NCBI RefSeq assembly: GCF_004010195.1
Contig: NC_057718.1
Location: forward strand, 21,309,612-21,362,302
Reading direction: 5' to 3'
Origin: Chiloscyllium plagiosum
Taxonomy: Eukaryota
DNA length: 52,691 bases
Shown here: positions 36,578-48,860 of the stretch, in pieces
How the letters are laid out: each line of letters starts with the position of its first letter
Position numbering within the stretch: position 1 is the stretch's first letter
Translations under genes and position numbers: made by a program
The notes under the pieces: generated by a model
What the model was told of the DNA's origin: nothing
Seen by the model: the letters and a program-made list of their open reading frames with translations, nothing else
Database searches by the model: none

Positions 36578-37736
36578 CCTTATTTATGTAGGTTTCAATA
36601 CCAACGGTTCGTGTTTATCTCATCACTGAAATATTTCAGATATTTAGATGGACCAACTCAAGGGAACCTGAAATTAATTACAGCCAGCAATTATCCAACT
36701 TTGCAGAACAAGCAAATTCTGCAGATTTCTAGTAGTACCATTCTATCCACCCTTACTTTATTTCCTCATTCAATGTCCTGCAATTATTATTATTAACTGA
36801 ACCATAAATGTAATAGTTTACATATCTAAAGTTATTAAAAGTTCAAACAGTAAAATAACCATTAAAACATCAGAATACATTGTACAGTGCTAACTCTGCT
36901 GCTGAACCAAGGAGGATGAAATTATATTATCACCATTGATAGGGTGACTGACTTGGTGCTGTCAGTGACTGCCAAAGGGTACATGGTACGGAGACTTGCA
37001 GACTAGACAAAGACTTCACACGAATATTGCAGATTAAAAGTTCAACATGGTAAATAATAACGATAAATGACTAAAGGTTTTTCAAAAAGAAATTGCAGGA
37101 CTTCAACGAAGTACCAACATTTGATAAAACAATCATCAATGCATAGAAGAGCATCACCTTCAGGAAAGATAGATGCTGATGTCATCTACTTAAATTGACT
37201 TTCTGAAGGAAATATTTTTGGGATTAAAAATCTCTCATAGCGTAGGCACTTCCATATATTAATTTGTTGCTTCAATAAAAGACTTTCACTAGATGAGTGT
37301 TGTAGCAAACACAGATACTTGCTACTTTTTTCATTGAAGTTAGTCTTTGTCCATCTTTGCAAGATAAATAAATAATGTAGTATTTGAGATATACTATTAA
37401 TAATCACTTCAAACAATACTAAAACGTGAGCACATTACTCACTCAATCATAATTCATTTTTTTCCAATTGCATATAAATTGTTCAGCTTTCTTAGGTTAA
37501 CCAACAGCTCAGGGTTTCACTTGGAGACATTTCCTCTTAAACTTCAATCATCTCTGTCACAAGATAATGGAGCCTCATACAAATTTAAAACGCAGCAAAC
37601 ATGAAGTGATTCATTATCATATGTACTGCTTCTAGTATATTTTTATATTATTGAGTGAAAAAATTGTGAAGTTGTACAGAATCAATTACAAGACGTCTTT
37701 GCTTTATAATTGTTCCATTTAATTCATTTTTATTTA

Positions 37737-38048
37737 AGAACATAGAAAAATACAGCGCAGTACAGGCCCTTTGGCCCTCGATGTTGCGCCATTCCAAGCC
37801 CACCTAACCTACACTAGCCCACTATCCTCCATATGCCTATCCAATGCCTGTTGAAATGCCCATAAAGAGGGAGAGTCCACCACTGCTACTGGCAGGGCAT
37901 TCCATGAACTCACGACTCGCTGAGTAAAGAATCTACCCCTAACATCTGTCCTATACCTACCACCCCTTAATTTAAAGCTATGCCCCCTCGTAATAGCGGA
38001 CTCCATACATGGAAAAAGATTCTCATGGTCAACCCTATCTAAACCCCT
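37737..38048 (-). mobile_element. CR1 3' end
   Basis: TRGHSFKLRGGRYRTDVRGRFFTQRVVSSWNALP and an aagaacatagaa tail. Confidence 0.95.
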
Positions 38049-38999
38049 AACATTTGTTTATCATGGTTAATTTGCATTTAATTTTGCATTGGGTGAGATG
38101 TAGGGTCATGTGATCCCATCAGTACCATTTTGGAGTGACCTATCCTGTTGGCCACCACTCCATCTTGCTGACACAATCCTTCAATGTGAAGCTGCTCTCA
38201 CTCCATAGGTTGTTTCCTGGCTCTTGCTATTCATCTCCCTGGCACTTGCTTACAGCAAGGTAAAAAGAGCTAGCATTTTTCTTTTTTGTGTTTTTAAATT
38301 TTCTTTAGAAGTTATTCCATTTGCAGACTTGTAATTTGGCAATGTACAATACTTACACTTATGGAGTATAATCTTTTAGTTTGTTTCTGATGGAAAAGGT
38401 CATATAGAACCAATGTGAAGTGGTGTATTGGTTGTTAGGAAACACTTTCATTACATGTTGCATTTTTCATGACACAAGTGAAGAATTATTGCAATCCTTC
38501 AAAATTGTTGTCAGAAGATATTGGGCCAGAGAAATCACAACATCTCATGAAACATAGGAGTGGCATCATTCCAGAACTTGTACTTAAAACAACATATCCA
38601 AATTTATCTTAGAACATCCACCAATTCTATGTTGCCAATTAAAGTATAATTTTGATTTATTTTTCAATAATTACCTAGTTTCTCCTAAAAGGAATAGTGA
38701 ACTCAAGAGTGGTCGTGTAACAGGGAGGTAAAGTTTTGCAACCATCTCTACGTGAATACTTTCTAAGCTTACTGTTACAAAGTCCAGCTTATTGGACATA
38801 ATTTCTCTATTCTATGTAGTAATTTTCTGTCTTAAGCAATATGTGCCTTGTACAAGTTGATTTATGCTTCCCCATATCTATGAGACTCAGATCGCAACAA
38901 CAGACACTCCTCATAATTGGAGCTGTTATCTGAACCTTTTGAATCCTCTCCTCAAAAATGAAAAATAAAAATCAACCTGTGAACATTATCTATCAAAAA

Positions 39000-39883
39000 T
39001 ACTTTTCCAACCTCCCCTCTCTTTCTTCACCAAATGTTTTCAGAATGATGTTGCCACCCTTTCACCTTTCCTGGAACTTCATGTTTGAGTCCTGGTTTCC
39101 CCCTTGCTATAATACTGAAATAGCTCTTATCGAAATCATACACCATGAGAGACAAAAACAATGATAAACTTTCCCTCTCCGCCAGTCTTTTGCCTTTTAC
39201 GCATCAAATACTAAAACATCGCTGATGTTGTCCAACTGGGTAAGATTGCTCTCACTAGTTTTCATTCTTGTATGGCAGAGCCAGAAAATTATTTACAACG
39301 GCTCCTTTTTCTGTTTCTGCACTGTTACTTCTAGTGTCCTCCAAGGATTTATCCACGGACCCCTTCTTTGTCATTTATATACCACCTCTTCACCCAAGGG
39401 AACAGCATTAGTTTTCATGTGTGCTCCAATTCCCAGTTCTACCTCATCACGACCTTTCTCGGATTCTCCACTGTCAATGAATTATCACACTGCTTATCCA
39501 AAAGCCAATATTGAGTGAACAGAAATTTCTCCCAATTAAATGATGGGAAGACTGAAGCCTTTAGTTTAGGACCCTGCTCCAAACTTCTTTTATCAACTGC
39601 TGACTCCACTGTTATTCCTGAGAGGAGTCTGATATTATGCCAGTCTGTATGAAACTTTGTTATCACATTTGATCCTATAAATTTTTAATTTTATATTCAT
39701 GCCATCAATAAGAATGTCTCTTTCCATCTGTAGTATTGCCAGACTTCATTTGTCTCAGCTGATCTGTAGTTGAAACTCTCATTCATAATTTTATTAATAG
39801 ATTTCACTAGTACTCCTGGTCGGTGTCCAACATCTTACTCACTCCAACTTTGAAGTCATCTAAAGCCCTGGTGCCAATATCTT
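39000..39883 (+). mobile_element. Old L2-type LINE RT remnant; resumes at about 40560-40960
   Basis: tactgaaatagctcttatcgaaatc (STETALxKV-like), tctagtgtcctccaaggatttatccacggaccccttctt (SGVPQGSILGPLL-like) and gggaagactgaagcc (KTE). Confidence 0.7.
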
Positions 39884-40559
39884 AGAGTCATAGAGAGGTA
39901 CAGCACGGAAACAGACCCTTCGGTCCAACTCGTCCATGCCAACCAGATATTCAAACCTAATCTAGTCCCATTTGCCAGCACTTGGCCAACATCCCCCTAA
40001 ACCCTTCCTATTCATATACCCATCCAGATGCCTTTTAAATGCTGCAATCGTACTAGCCTCCACTACTTCCTATGGCAGCTCATTCCATACATGCACCACC
40101 CTCAGCGTGAAAAGGTTGCCCCTTAGGTTCCTTTAATATCTTTCCCCCTTCACCCTAACCCAATGCCCTCTAGTTCTGAACTCACCCACCCCAGGGAAAA
40201 GACTTTGTCTATTTACCCTATCCACGGCCCTCATGATTTTATAAACCACTATCAGGTCACTCCTCAGCCACCGCACTCCAGGGAAAACAGCCCCAGCAGT
40301 TAGCATTGTAGGTTTCTTTCTCTCTGCCCCTCACTGACCACGTGTTTCGTGTCTTTGTCTGATTTTTTCCCTTTTAAAAGATCCATTGTTTTGACTTTTC
40401 TTTTCCTCCAGAGTTCCAAAACAATACAACAGCATATAAAACAGTAATTGCCTCTCCTGGAATCAGAGGATATCACCTCCAACACCTAAATTACCTCAAA
40501 GAAAAAGAAGCAGCTCTTACAGCCACCATTTTTCCCATCCTTCATTTTAGATGACCAGA
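39884..40559 (-). mobile_element. Internally deleted CR1: ~260-bp 5'UTR fused to a ~415-bp 3' end
   Basis: 40297-40559 matches the 5'UTR at 34320-34584, and 39884-40296 is the CR1 3' end. atctt flanks both sides (39879-39883, 40560-40564). Confidence 0.85.
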
Positions 40560-41569
40560 ATCTTGTTAATTTAGCTGCTCCTCTAAGACCTCTGTATTGG
40601 TCAGCCTACATTGGTTCCTGGTTAAAAGAGATCTCAATTCTCATCTTTGTTTTCAAATCCCTCCATGGTGTTGCACTCTCCCCCCTCCCCCCTCCCCCAC
40701 CCCCATCCATTTCTGTGACATTCTCAGCCCAGAAACCTTAAATCGGGTCTTTAATTCTGACTTCTTGTGAATTCCCAGTTACAATTATCCAACTATTTGT
40801 GGCCATCCATTCTGTTTTATATTCCTAGCTTGGGAATTTCTTCCTTAACTTCTGCCTCTCTACCTCACTTTCCTGCATTAAGGCACTCCTTAAAACCTAT
40901 ATTTTTGACCAACATACTGACTTAGGTGTTTCAGTGTCACCTGTGCATTGTAATATTCGTGCACTGCCACATGTAATTCCATCGGCTAAATATAAGTTGT
41001 TGCTTTGCAAGTTTGTTTCTGCAATCCCTTGAAAGATAGATCCAGTTATTAGATGATGAGGCAAAACTTGATTTGCATAATCATACTGCATTATCCTACA
41101 GCAGATTTAGCAACAGATGCAATCCAAGTTACTTTACTCAATTGGCACAATTTATATAATGACATAAATGAAGAACACATGGCCTTTCTCCATTCTGTCA
41201 ATCCAAAATGGAAGATAAAGCAATCCCTTTGCAAGGCCCAACTAGACCATATGAAGAAGAAACAGACATGAAAACACAGTGTCTATTTTACCATTTATTT
41301 TGCTGATAACTTCTTTTATTAAAAAAAAATCTGCAACATTGCTTGTGTTTCAGGAGATGCTACTTTGTCAAAACAAATCAAAATGTGATCAAGCTAGGTT
41401 TTAGTCTGGGACCTGACTTGTCCAGTAGTAACAATGACAGATGGCATGAGATCCTGCAGGTTTTTATGATTCTATCAGTTTTTACATTTGTAACTGCTTT
41501 GATTCAAACTCCAACTTCTTTGTTATGATTAATCATAGAATCACTCTATCTTCTGACCATTGACATGAA

Positions 41570-42300
41570 TTTTTTCAATCCTTTCATCAGATGTGAGCAT
41601 TCTTTCAAAAACCAAAAATTGTTGCCCATCCCTAACTATCTTTCAGCTGAATTGCACAGAATAAGGTGGCAATGAGCTGCTTTCTTGAGCCACTGCAAAA
41701 GTCGTCTGGTGTAGGGACACATAAAATATTGTTACAAAGGGATTTCCTCACCCCATAATAACAAAGGAACAGCAATACAGTTCCAAGTTAGGATTATACA
41801 TGGCTTGGATGGGAACTTTCAGGCAGTTCCCACATACTTGCTGCGCTTGTGCTTATACGTGCTTGATGTCAAGAATTTGAAAAAAATACTTTTGAAGGAG
41901 ATTTTGTGAGTTGCTGCAGTGCATTATGTAGATGCTTACTGCACATTGGTGGTAAAAAAAAGTAGAGTGTTGGAAGGGGTGCAAATCAAATGGTCTGCTT
42001 TGTACTGGACAGTGTTGAGCTTCGTCAGTCTTGGGAGCTGCACTCATCCAGGGTAAGTAAGTGGAAAGTATTCTATCACTTGACTTGAGCCTTGTAGATG
42101 TGGACAAGCTTTGCAAAGTCAGCAGGGGAGTTATACACAGCGTAATTGACAGCTTCTGACCTGTTCCTGTAGCCACAGTATTTAAAACTGAATATCCAGT
42201 TCATTTTCTGTTCATTGACAACTCCCAGGATGTTGATAGTAGGTAATTCAGCAATGGTATGGCAATTCGAATATCAAGGGGATATGGTTAGATTTTCCTC
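41570..42300 (-). mobile_element. Old CR1/L2-group LINE 3' end
   Basis: ttgttgcccatccctaact...gccttgtagatgtggacaagctt...cctgttcctgtagccacagta. Same family as 26851-27520. Confidence 0.8.
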
Positions 42301-42304
42301 GTGT

Positions 42305-42540
42305 AGGAGATAGAGATGTATAGCACTGAAACAGACCCTACAGTCCAATGGGTCCATGCCAACCAGATATTGTCAGCTAATCTAGTCCCATTTACCAGCA
42401 TTTGACCCATATCCCTGTAAACCATTCCTATTCATGTACCCATCTAGATACCCTTTAAATGTTCATATTGTACTAGCCTCCACAACCTCCTCTGGCAGCT
42501 CATTCCATATACCCACCAACCTCTGCATGAACATGTCGCC
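42305..42540 (-). mobile_element. CR1 3' end
   Basis: tagagatgtatagcactgaaacagaccct...ctctggcagctcattccat. Confidence 0.85.
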
Positions 42541-43844
42541 ATGCAAAGTATCACACAATCTTACTCATCGCTTATTTTCCCAAGCATAAATGTTGTTTAG
42601 GTTTTGCTGTATACTCATGCAGACTTCTTAAGTTAGCTATCAGCTTCAATCAACTTATGTGTAAATGTAAATGTGTCCAACAGATCATAACTTTCTGAAA
42701 TATAGTTAAACTTTGTTCATCAAAAAGCAGCTTATCAGTGAATTTAAGGAATATAGTATGATGAGACATTTATTGTTCAGCAGAATGAGGTCATCATGTG
42801 CAAAACATTAACAGAATCAAGCAAGGCATTCTAATGAGATGACAACATCATATTATCATCAGTAGCGAGTATAAACTTGAGAGAAATACTGAATACACCA
42901 AACTAAAATGAGACCAAACCTTTAGCGTGACAGTGATTTCTTCAAAGAGAGGTTTAACTATTATCTTTAAGTCATTAGGTTAGAACCCAAAATCCTGTAC
43001 ATAACTGAACAGAAATTGAAATAAATGTCTGCCCGAGTACATATCTTTGAATATATCTGGACTGAAAGGAAGGTCCACCCTCTGTCAGTACATCTAAGTG
43101 TACAAGTATGGTGCTGGGTGACCATTTAGTGCTCGCTTTACCACAAAAAGGCATCAAGGCAGGAAAGTACAATGTACACAAACTCTGCTCATTTATGCCT
43201 TTTGTAGCAACAAATAGATTTCTCAAATACTGCTCATGGGAATCTGGGGTCTCAAGTACAGTTATAACTGTTTACCATGATCCCATTTTACAGCAAAGAT
43301 TTGATCAGCCTCAAGTGTAGCAAAGCAAGTAGATCAGCACTGAGGCAGTACCTGAAACCTTACAATGAAAAGAACCAGTGGGACTTATCTAACAGTATTA
43401 ATGTAGTAAACTATAATGACAGCTATTCTGAGAATTGCTAGATTGAATCTCAGACAAAAATATGCATGAAGGAAAAAGAAGACTGCAACTTTTTTTAAAA
43501 TTAATGAACAGCAAATCCATTATTAGAGAAAGTTATGACTCCATGTTTATACATATTATTCCTCCCTATCCAGTCTGGCGTAAACTTCCCAGAAAAAGAA
43601 TGATATAATTTCAGTTCTAATCTCTACATTCAATGAAGTGAAGGAATATACACAATATAAACTGGGAATGAACAAGCTCTGAGACTTCAGTAAAATGGAC
43701 GGGGAAAAAAAGTGCGCAACTTGTTTAAAACAAAAGGTTATTTCCCACAAACATTAGTTAATTTTCTGGACAAAGGCTTCTTTAAAAATTTAATGAAAGA
43801 TTGCTTTACATGCATTGTATTTCTTTCAAGTGTTGGTTTTTAGT

Positions 43845-44200
43845 GACCTTACAGGGGCTTATAAAAACATGAGGGGGATGGATAGGGTAAATAGACAAGG
43901 TCTTTTCCTCAGGGTGGGGGAGGCCAGAACTAGAGGGCATAGGTTTTAAGGTGAGAAGGGAAAGATATAAAAGGGTCAACTTTTTCACGCAGAGAGTGGT
44001 GCGTGTATGGAATGAGCTGCCAGAGGAAGTGGTGGAGGCTGGTACAATTGCAACATTTAAAAGGCATCTGGATGGATACATGAATAGGAAGGATTTAGAA
44101 GGACATGGGCCAAGTACTGGCAAATGGAATTGGATTAGGTTGGCATGGACAAGTTGGACCGATGGGTCTATTTCCGTACTGTACATCTCTATGACTCTAT
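43845..44200 (+). mobile_element. CR1 3' end
   Basis: NFFTQRVVRVWNELPEEVVEAGTIATFKRHLDGYM and tail ctctatgactctat. Confidence 0.93.
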
Positions 44201-44511
44201 GCATAAAATGATTACTGTGTAAACACCAACAGAAAGTCAAGTTCTTTTTTATGTCATTGATTGGGAAAAACACAACAGGATAATTTGTTTATTCTTCCTT
44301 ACAATAACACACCATTATTGTGGGTTTAATCATGTTTCAATTTTGTTTACACAATGTCATTCATACATTTGTATTTATCAAATTGAGTCAGTTAATTGGT
44401 AGCTGAGAACAGCCAAAAAAAATTATTAGCTAGGATACTGTGATAATTTCCTCATTCTTCTTCAAGAAAATGCCCACAGGAGCTTTCATTTTTACCTTGG
44501 AGGAAAAATAA

Positions 44512-44830
44512 ATTAGACTAGATTCCCTACAGTATGGAAACAGGCCCTTCGGCCCAACTAGTCCACACCGACTATCCGGAGAATAGCCCACCCAGCCCCA
44601 TTCCCCTACCCTATATTTACCCTTGACTAATGCATCTAACACTATGGGCAATTTAGCATGGCCAATTCACCTGACCTGCATATCTTTGGATTGTGGGAGG
44701 AAACCAGAAAACCCATGCAGACACAAGAAGAATGTGCAAACTCCACACAGACAGTCACCCAAGGCGAGAATTGAACCCAGGTCGCTGGTGCTGTGAGGCA
44801 GCAGTGCTAACCACTGAGTCACTGTGCCGC
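44512..44830 (-). mobile_element. HE1/V-SINE
   Basis: Same structure as 7033-7341. Confidence 0.93.
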
Positions 44831-45179
44831 TAATAGAGCTATGGCTTAACACTTTATCTCCAATACTCAAAAGTGTAAAAGCATTTTAATACCACACTGG
44901 GGTATCAGTTTCAATTTTGGTTTTTTTTTGGAAATATTTTAAGTGAAACTTGAACGGACAGTGAGTTAAACTTGAGAGGATGTCAGATGCTACCACTGAA
45001 CCTGCTGAAAATAAGGGAGAATAAGAATAGGGTTAGAGGCCATAAATATTAACTGGTTTAAGAAAATTCAAATATATGCCAGAATGAGATCTTGATTGAT
45101 ACAGAGATAAGCTCTTGACCTGGCACATGCTTTTGCAGGCTTGACACTATGTCAACATAGCTAATATTTAATCTTTCAT

Positions 45180-46010
45180 TGTTTTTAATTCATGCAATGT
45201 GGATGTCACTGCAAGGCCAGCACTGACTTCCCATCCCTGGTTGCCTTCAGAAGGTACTGGTGAACTGCCTTCTTGAACCACTGCACTCTTTGGACTGTAG
45301 GGAAATCCACAATGCTGTTAGGAAGTGATTTCCAAGATTACAAACCAGCAACACTGAAGGAACAATAACATAGTTCAAAATCAGGATGGTGCTTGGCTTG
45401 CAATTAGTGGTGTTTCCATGCATTTGGTGTCCTTGCCTTTCTAAGTGATAGAGTTCACAAGTTGGAAAGATGCTATCAAAGAAGCCTTGTTGAGTTATTG
45501 CAGTACATCTTACAGGTTGTACACCTGAACAATACTGTAAGCCAATAGTGAAAGGAATTAATGTTATAAGTAGAGGATGGGTAGCCAATCAAGTGGGCTT
45601 TGTCCTGAATACTGTCAAACTTCTTCAACATTTTTGATGATACATACTAGTCAAGTGGGAGAATATTCCATCATATTCCTGAATGTGCCTTGTAGATGAT
45701 GGGTAAGCATTGGGAGACAAGTGGTGAGTTAGTCACCACAAAGCTCCTGGCCTCTGACCTGTTCTTGTAACTAATATTTTTCCAAAGCTGGTCCAGCTCA
45801 GTTTCATGTCAATGGTAACCCCAGCATATTGTAAGTGAGGGAAGTCCATGATGGTGATTCCAGTGAATGTTAAGGAGCAACATCCAGATATTCTTGTTGG
45901 AAACAGTCATTGCCTGGCAATTGTGTGGCATGAATATTACTTTCCATGTATCAGTCCAAGCCTGATTGATATCCAGGTCTTGCTGTGTATGGACATGGAC
46001 TGCCTCAGTG
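45180..46010 (-). mobile_element. Old CR1/L2-group LINE 3' end
   Basis: gtggatgtcactgcaaggccagcactgacttcccatccct...ccaggtcttgctgtgtatggacatggactgc. Confidence 0.8.
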
Positions 46011-46519
46011 AAGATGTTCTTTCAATCCGTACAGAACTAATGTGGAATGTAAGCAAATGTTAACTATAGAAAATTAGCTGTGAAGTTTTTAAAAAATCAA
46101 AAATCTTCAAATCAAATCTTCAGTCAGTTATGCCTCAAAACTTTAAATCATTACTTATTCTTAGCAGAATTATCGTCATCTTTTAACAGCTAATTGCAAA
46201 TTGTAAAAGGAATTGCCATTATTCCAAAATGCCTTCACTTATGCTGCACATCCAAATCTAAAGCTGTAATAAAATCGTTACAGGTGAATTCTAGCTTAAT
46301 TAAAAACATGCTACCATAACTTTTGGCATTCACATAACGCATTTTCATAGCATGCAATAATTTCAAATTTACAGCTTGTAGTTCAGGAGAGATTCCAGCT
46401 ACAACCAGATGAGCTCCCAAAAGACTGCCAGCAAGTTGCTTGAGCTATATTCATGAAATTTAAATCAAATTCAACAATTAAAACAAGGAATAACATTTTT
46501 AATTGTCATGAAAGGAAAA

Positions 46520-46728
46520 GCATCATAAGACAATTAAATATAGGAGCAGAAGTAGGCCATTCAGTCCATCATGTTTGCTCCATATTAACAAGTTCATGGC
46601 TGATCTGATAATCTTCACCATCACTTTCCTGCCTTTTCCCCATAAGCCTTGATTCTGTTCCAGATTAAAGATCTGTCAATCTCAGCCCTGAATATTCTTA
46701 AACAAACAGCCTTGTCAGCTCACTGCAG
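46520..46728 (-). mobile_element. Old CR1 3' end
   Basis: aaatataggagcagaagtaggccattcagtccatc...tcatggctgatctg. Confidence 0.8.
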
Positions 46729-47627
46729 TGTAAAGATGTCATTTTTCTATCAATTTTTAAATTGTGCACTGAAATTAGGAAAAGGGTTGTTTAAAAACTC
46801 AGGATATGGAAAGGATTACTGCACTTTTTAAAAACAGGTGAGTGGCAATCATAGCAAGTGCTATTTATACTGCTGTTTGGAGGAAGGTTACAGAGAAGCT
46901 ACAGCCGAGGTTGCGTTCAAAAATGAGATTTGGCCAGCAATAAGTATCTGATTGGTCTGTGGAGTTGCAGCCATTGTCCATGACAAAGGCCCGGTTCCTG
47001 CCAACAACTATGTGATTGGCTCTCAGGTTCTGGGTGTGAATGTTACAAACAAATCTTCAAAAAGAAAGTAGCTTTCCTTTTCTGTGCAGCAAAAAAATGC
47101 CTTGAACCTGAAGAAAAATGTTTATTTTCTGTCATCAGTTCCTGCAAGCTGTGGTGCTTAACGAATAAGACAAAGACTTTAAGGGTAAACTAGTCACCCT
47201 GCGCCTCCTGCGAGGGTAAGTGCTTGGAGAAGGAAGGAAGAGCGAAAGCAGCAGGTCTTCAAAACCAAAAGGATCAGCTCAGTAAACCTTGTGTACAGAT
47301 GCCATTGAGATGCCTGCTCAGTCATTCCCTCCATTCATAACACCGACATCTTTGTGTCTGCCTGTATGTGTACGGGGAGTTTTGGAAGGGGGTTTGAGTT
47401 TTAAATAGTAGAGTTATATGTCAATAGCTATTAATCATTTACGTATAGCTAGAATCTATTTGTTTGTAATATATAGTAATCATTGTTAAGTACAAAACTC
47501 TGGTCTGCCAAACTGGGTCTAAAAGACAGGTAAAGTTAAAGAATTTTATGTATACCTAAAAAACCTTTAACCTTTGGAATGGTAGCACTGCTTTGCAGCA
47601 CACTACTCCAGTGAGGCAGAGTTATAA
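46729..47627 (+). mobile_element. Possible solo LTR, boundaries uncertain
   Basis: TGTAAAG start, two reverse CCAAT boxes (gattgg at about 46950 and 47014), donor-like gggtaagt and LTR-like composition. The TSD is imperfect (gcag/gcac). Confidence 0.4.
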
Positions 47628-48654
47628 GCACTCTAGAACTTAATATCTCTTTGGCCCTTCAACACCCAACTCTACCACGACTTCCAAAGACCTCATTCAC
47701 ACCCCCAGCACTACCAATCCGCAATTTGCATATTTTCCCACCAATCTTCGTAGTATGACAAAACAAAATGACATAAATCTGAACAGACACATTAAAAAGT
47801 CCGGTGAGTTAGTTTCCAACCATCACAACATAATCAAATAATTTGAACATGAACCAAAAGAAACCAGGAGTGCACCCATTACATTTATGAATGAGATTTC
47901 AATTTTGAATCTTTAGCCTTGATGTTGTATTTAATATTTCAATATAAATCAGCTGTATCCTCTGATTAAGATTTCTAAGCAAATGAGTAATTATAATACA
48001 TTTTAAGTCTGGTTTACAACACATTGATTGTAAATTCAACACTCACTTCCTAACATGCTTGATGCATTAATTTTCCTTTCCACTTGCCTCTCATTGGCCA
48101 AATGTTATTCCAAGACCATGATCCTCCTCTTGTTTGACTCCAATTAGCTGATTCTAACAATATAAAACATTGCCCGTAGCTCTAACTTTCTAAACTTCCG
48201 AAAAGTATAAGAATATTTAACAAATTTGCATCTTTCATCACTCAAAGACCTCTTTTTCTAATTTAACCGAAATCTGTCATCTATGTAATCTTATATTCCC
48301 AACATCAGAAATGTTTGCCCCCATCTTCTCCATTCTAAAAGTATTTTCACTCATGACACTGCACTTTAAAGAGGAACCATTCTATTGTTTTACATATTTA
48401 CTGCAAAAAGAGTGCCATAAAACACATCATTTGAAATACTCAAGAGCTGTTGTTTTTAGTAAATTAGAAACAGGAAAGTTACTGATAAAATCCACATGGG
48501 AAATTAAAACACTGCATCTTAAAAAGGAATTGACTCCTTGCATTTATTTAGCACCATGAGCCTCAATTATATAAAAGTTGCTCTGATATTTTCACTTTAA
48601 ACTGCAGAGATTTCTGTGGGAGCCATTACACACACATGACCTGACAAAAGAACC

Positions 48655-48860
48655 TCAGAATCTTGCAATACAGAAGGAAGCCATTCTGCCTATTATGCCT
48701 GTGTTGGCTCCTTGAAAGGAACTTTCAATTACTCGTTCCCATAGCAATACAAAATCGTTCCCAATCAAGTACTAGTCAATTCATCTTTGAGGCTGCTTCC
48801 ATCATCCTTCACAGAAAGATGAAAGGCCAATAACTGTGCTTTTTTCACTATTTTCAGAAC
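48655..48860 (-). mobile_element. Very old CR1 3' end
   Basis: cagaaggaagccattctgcctattatgcctgtgttggctc. Confidence 0.55.
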
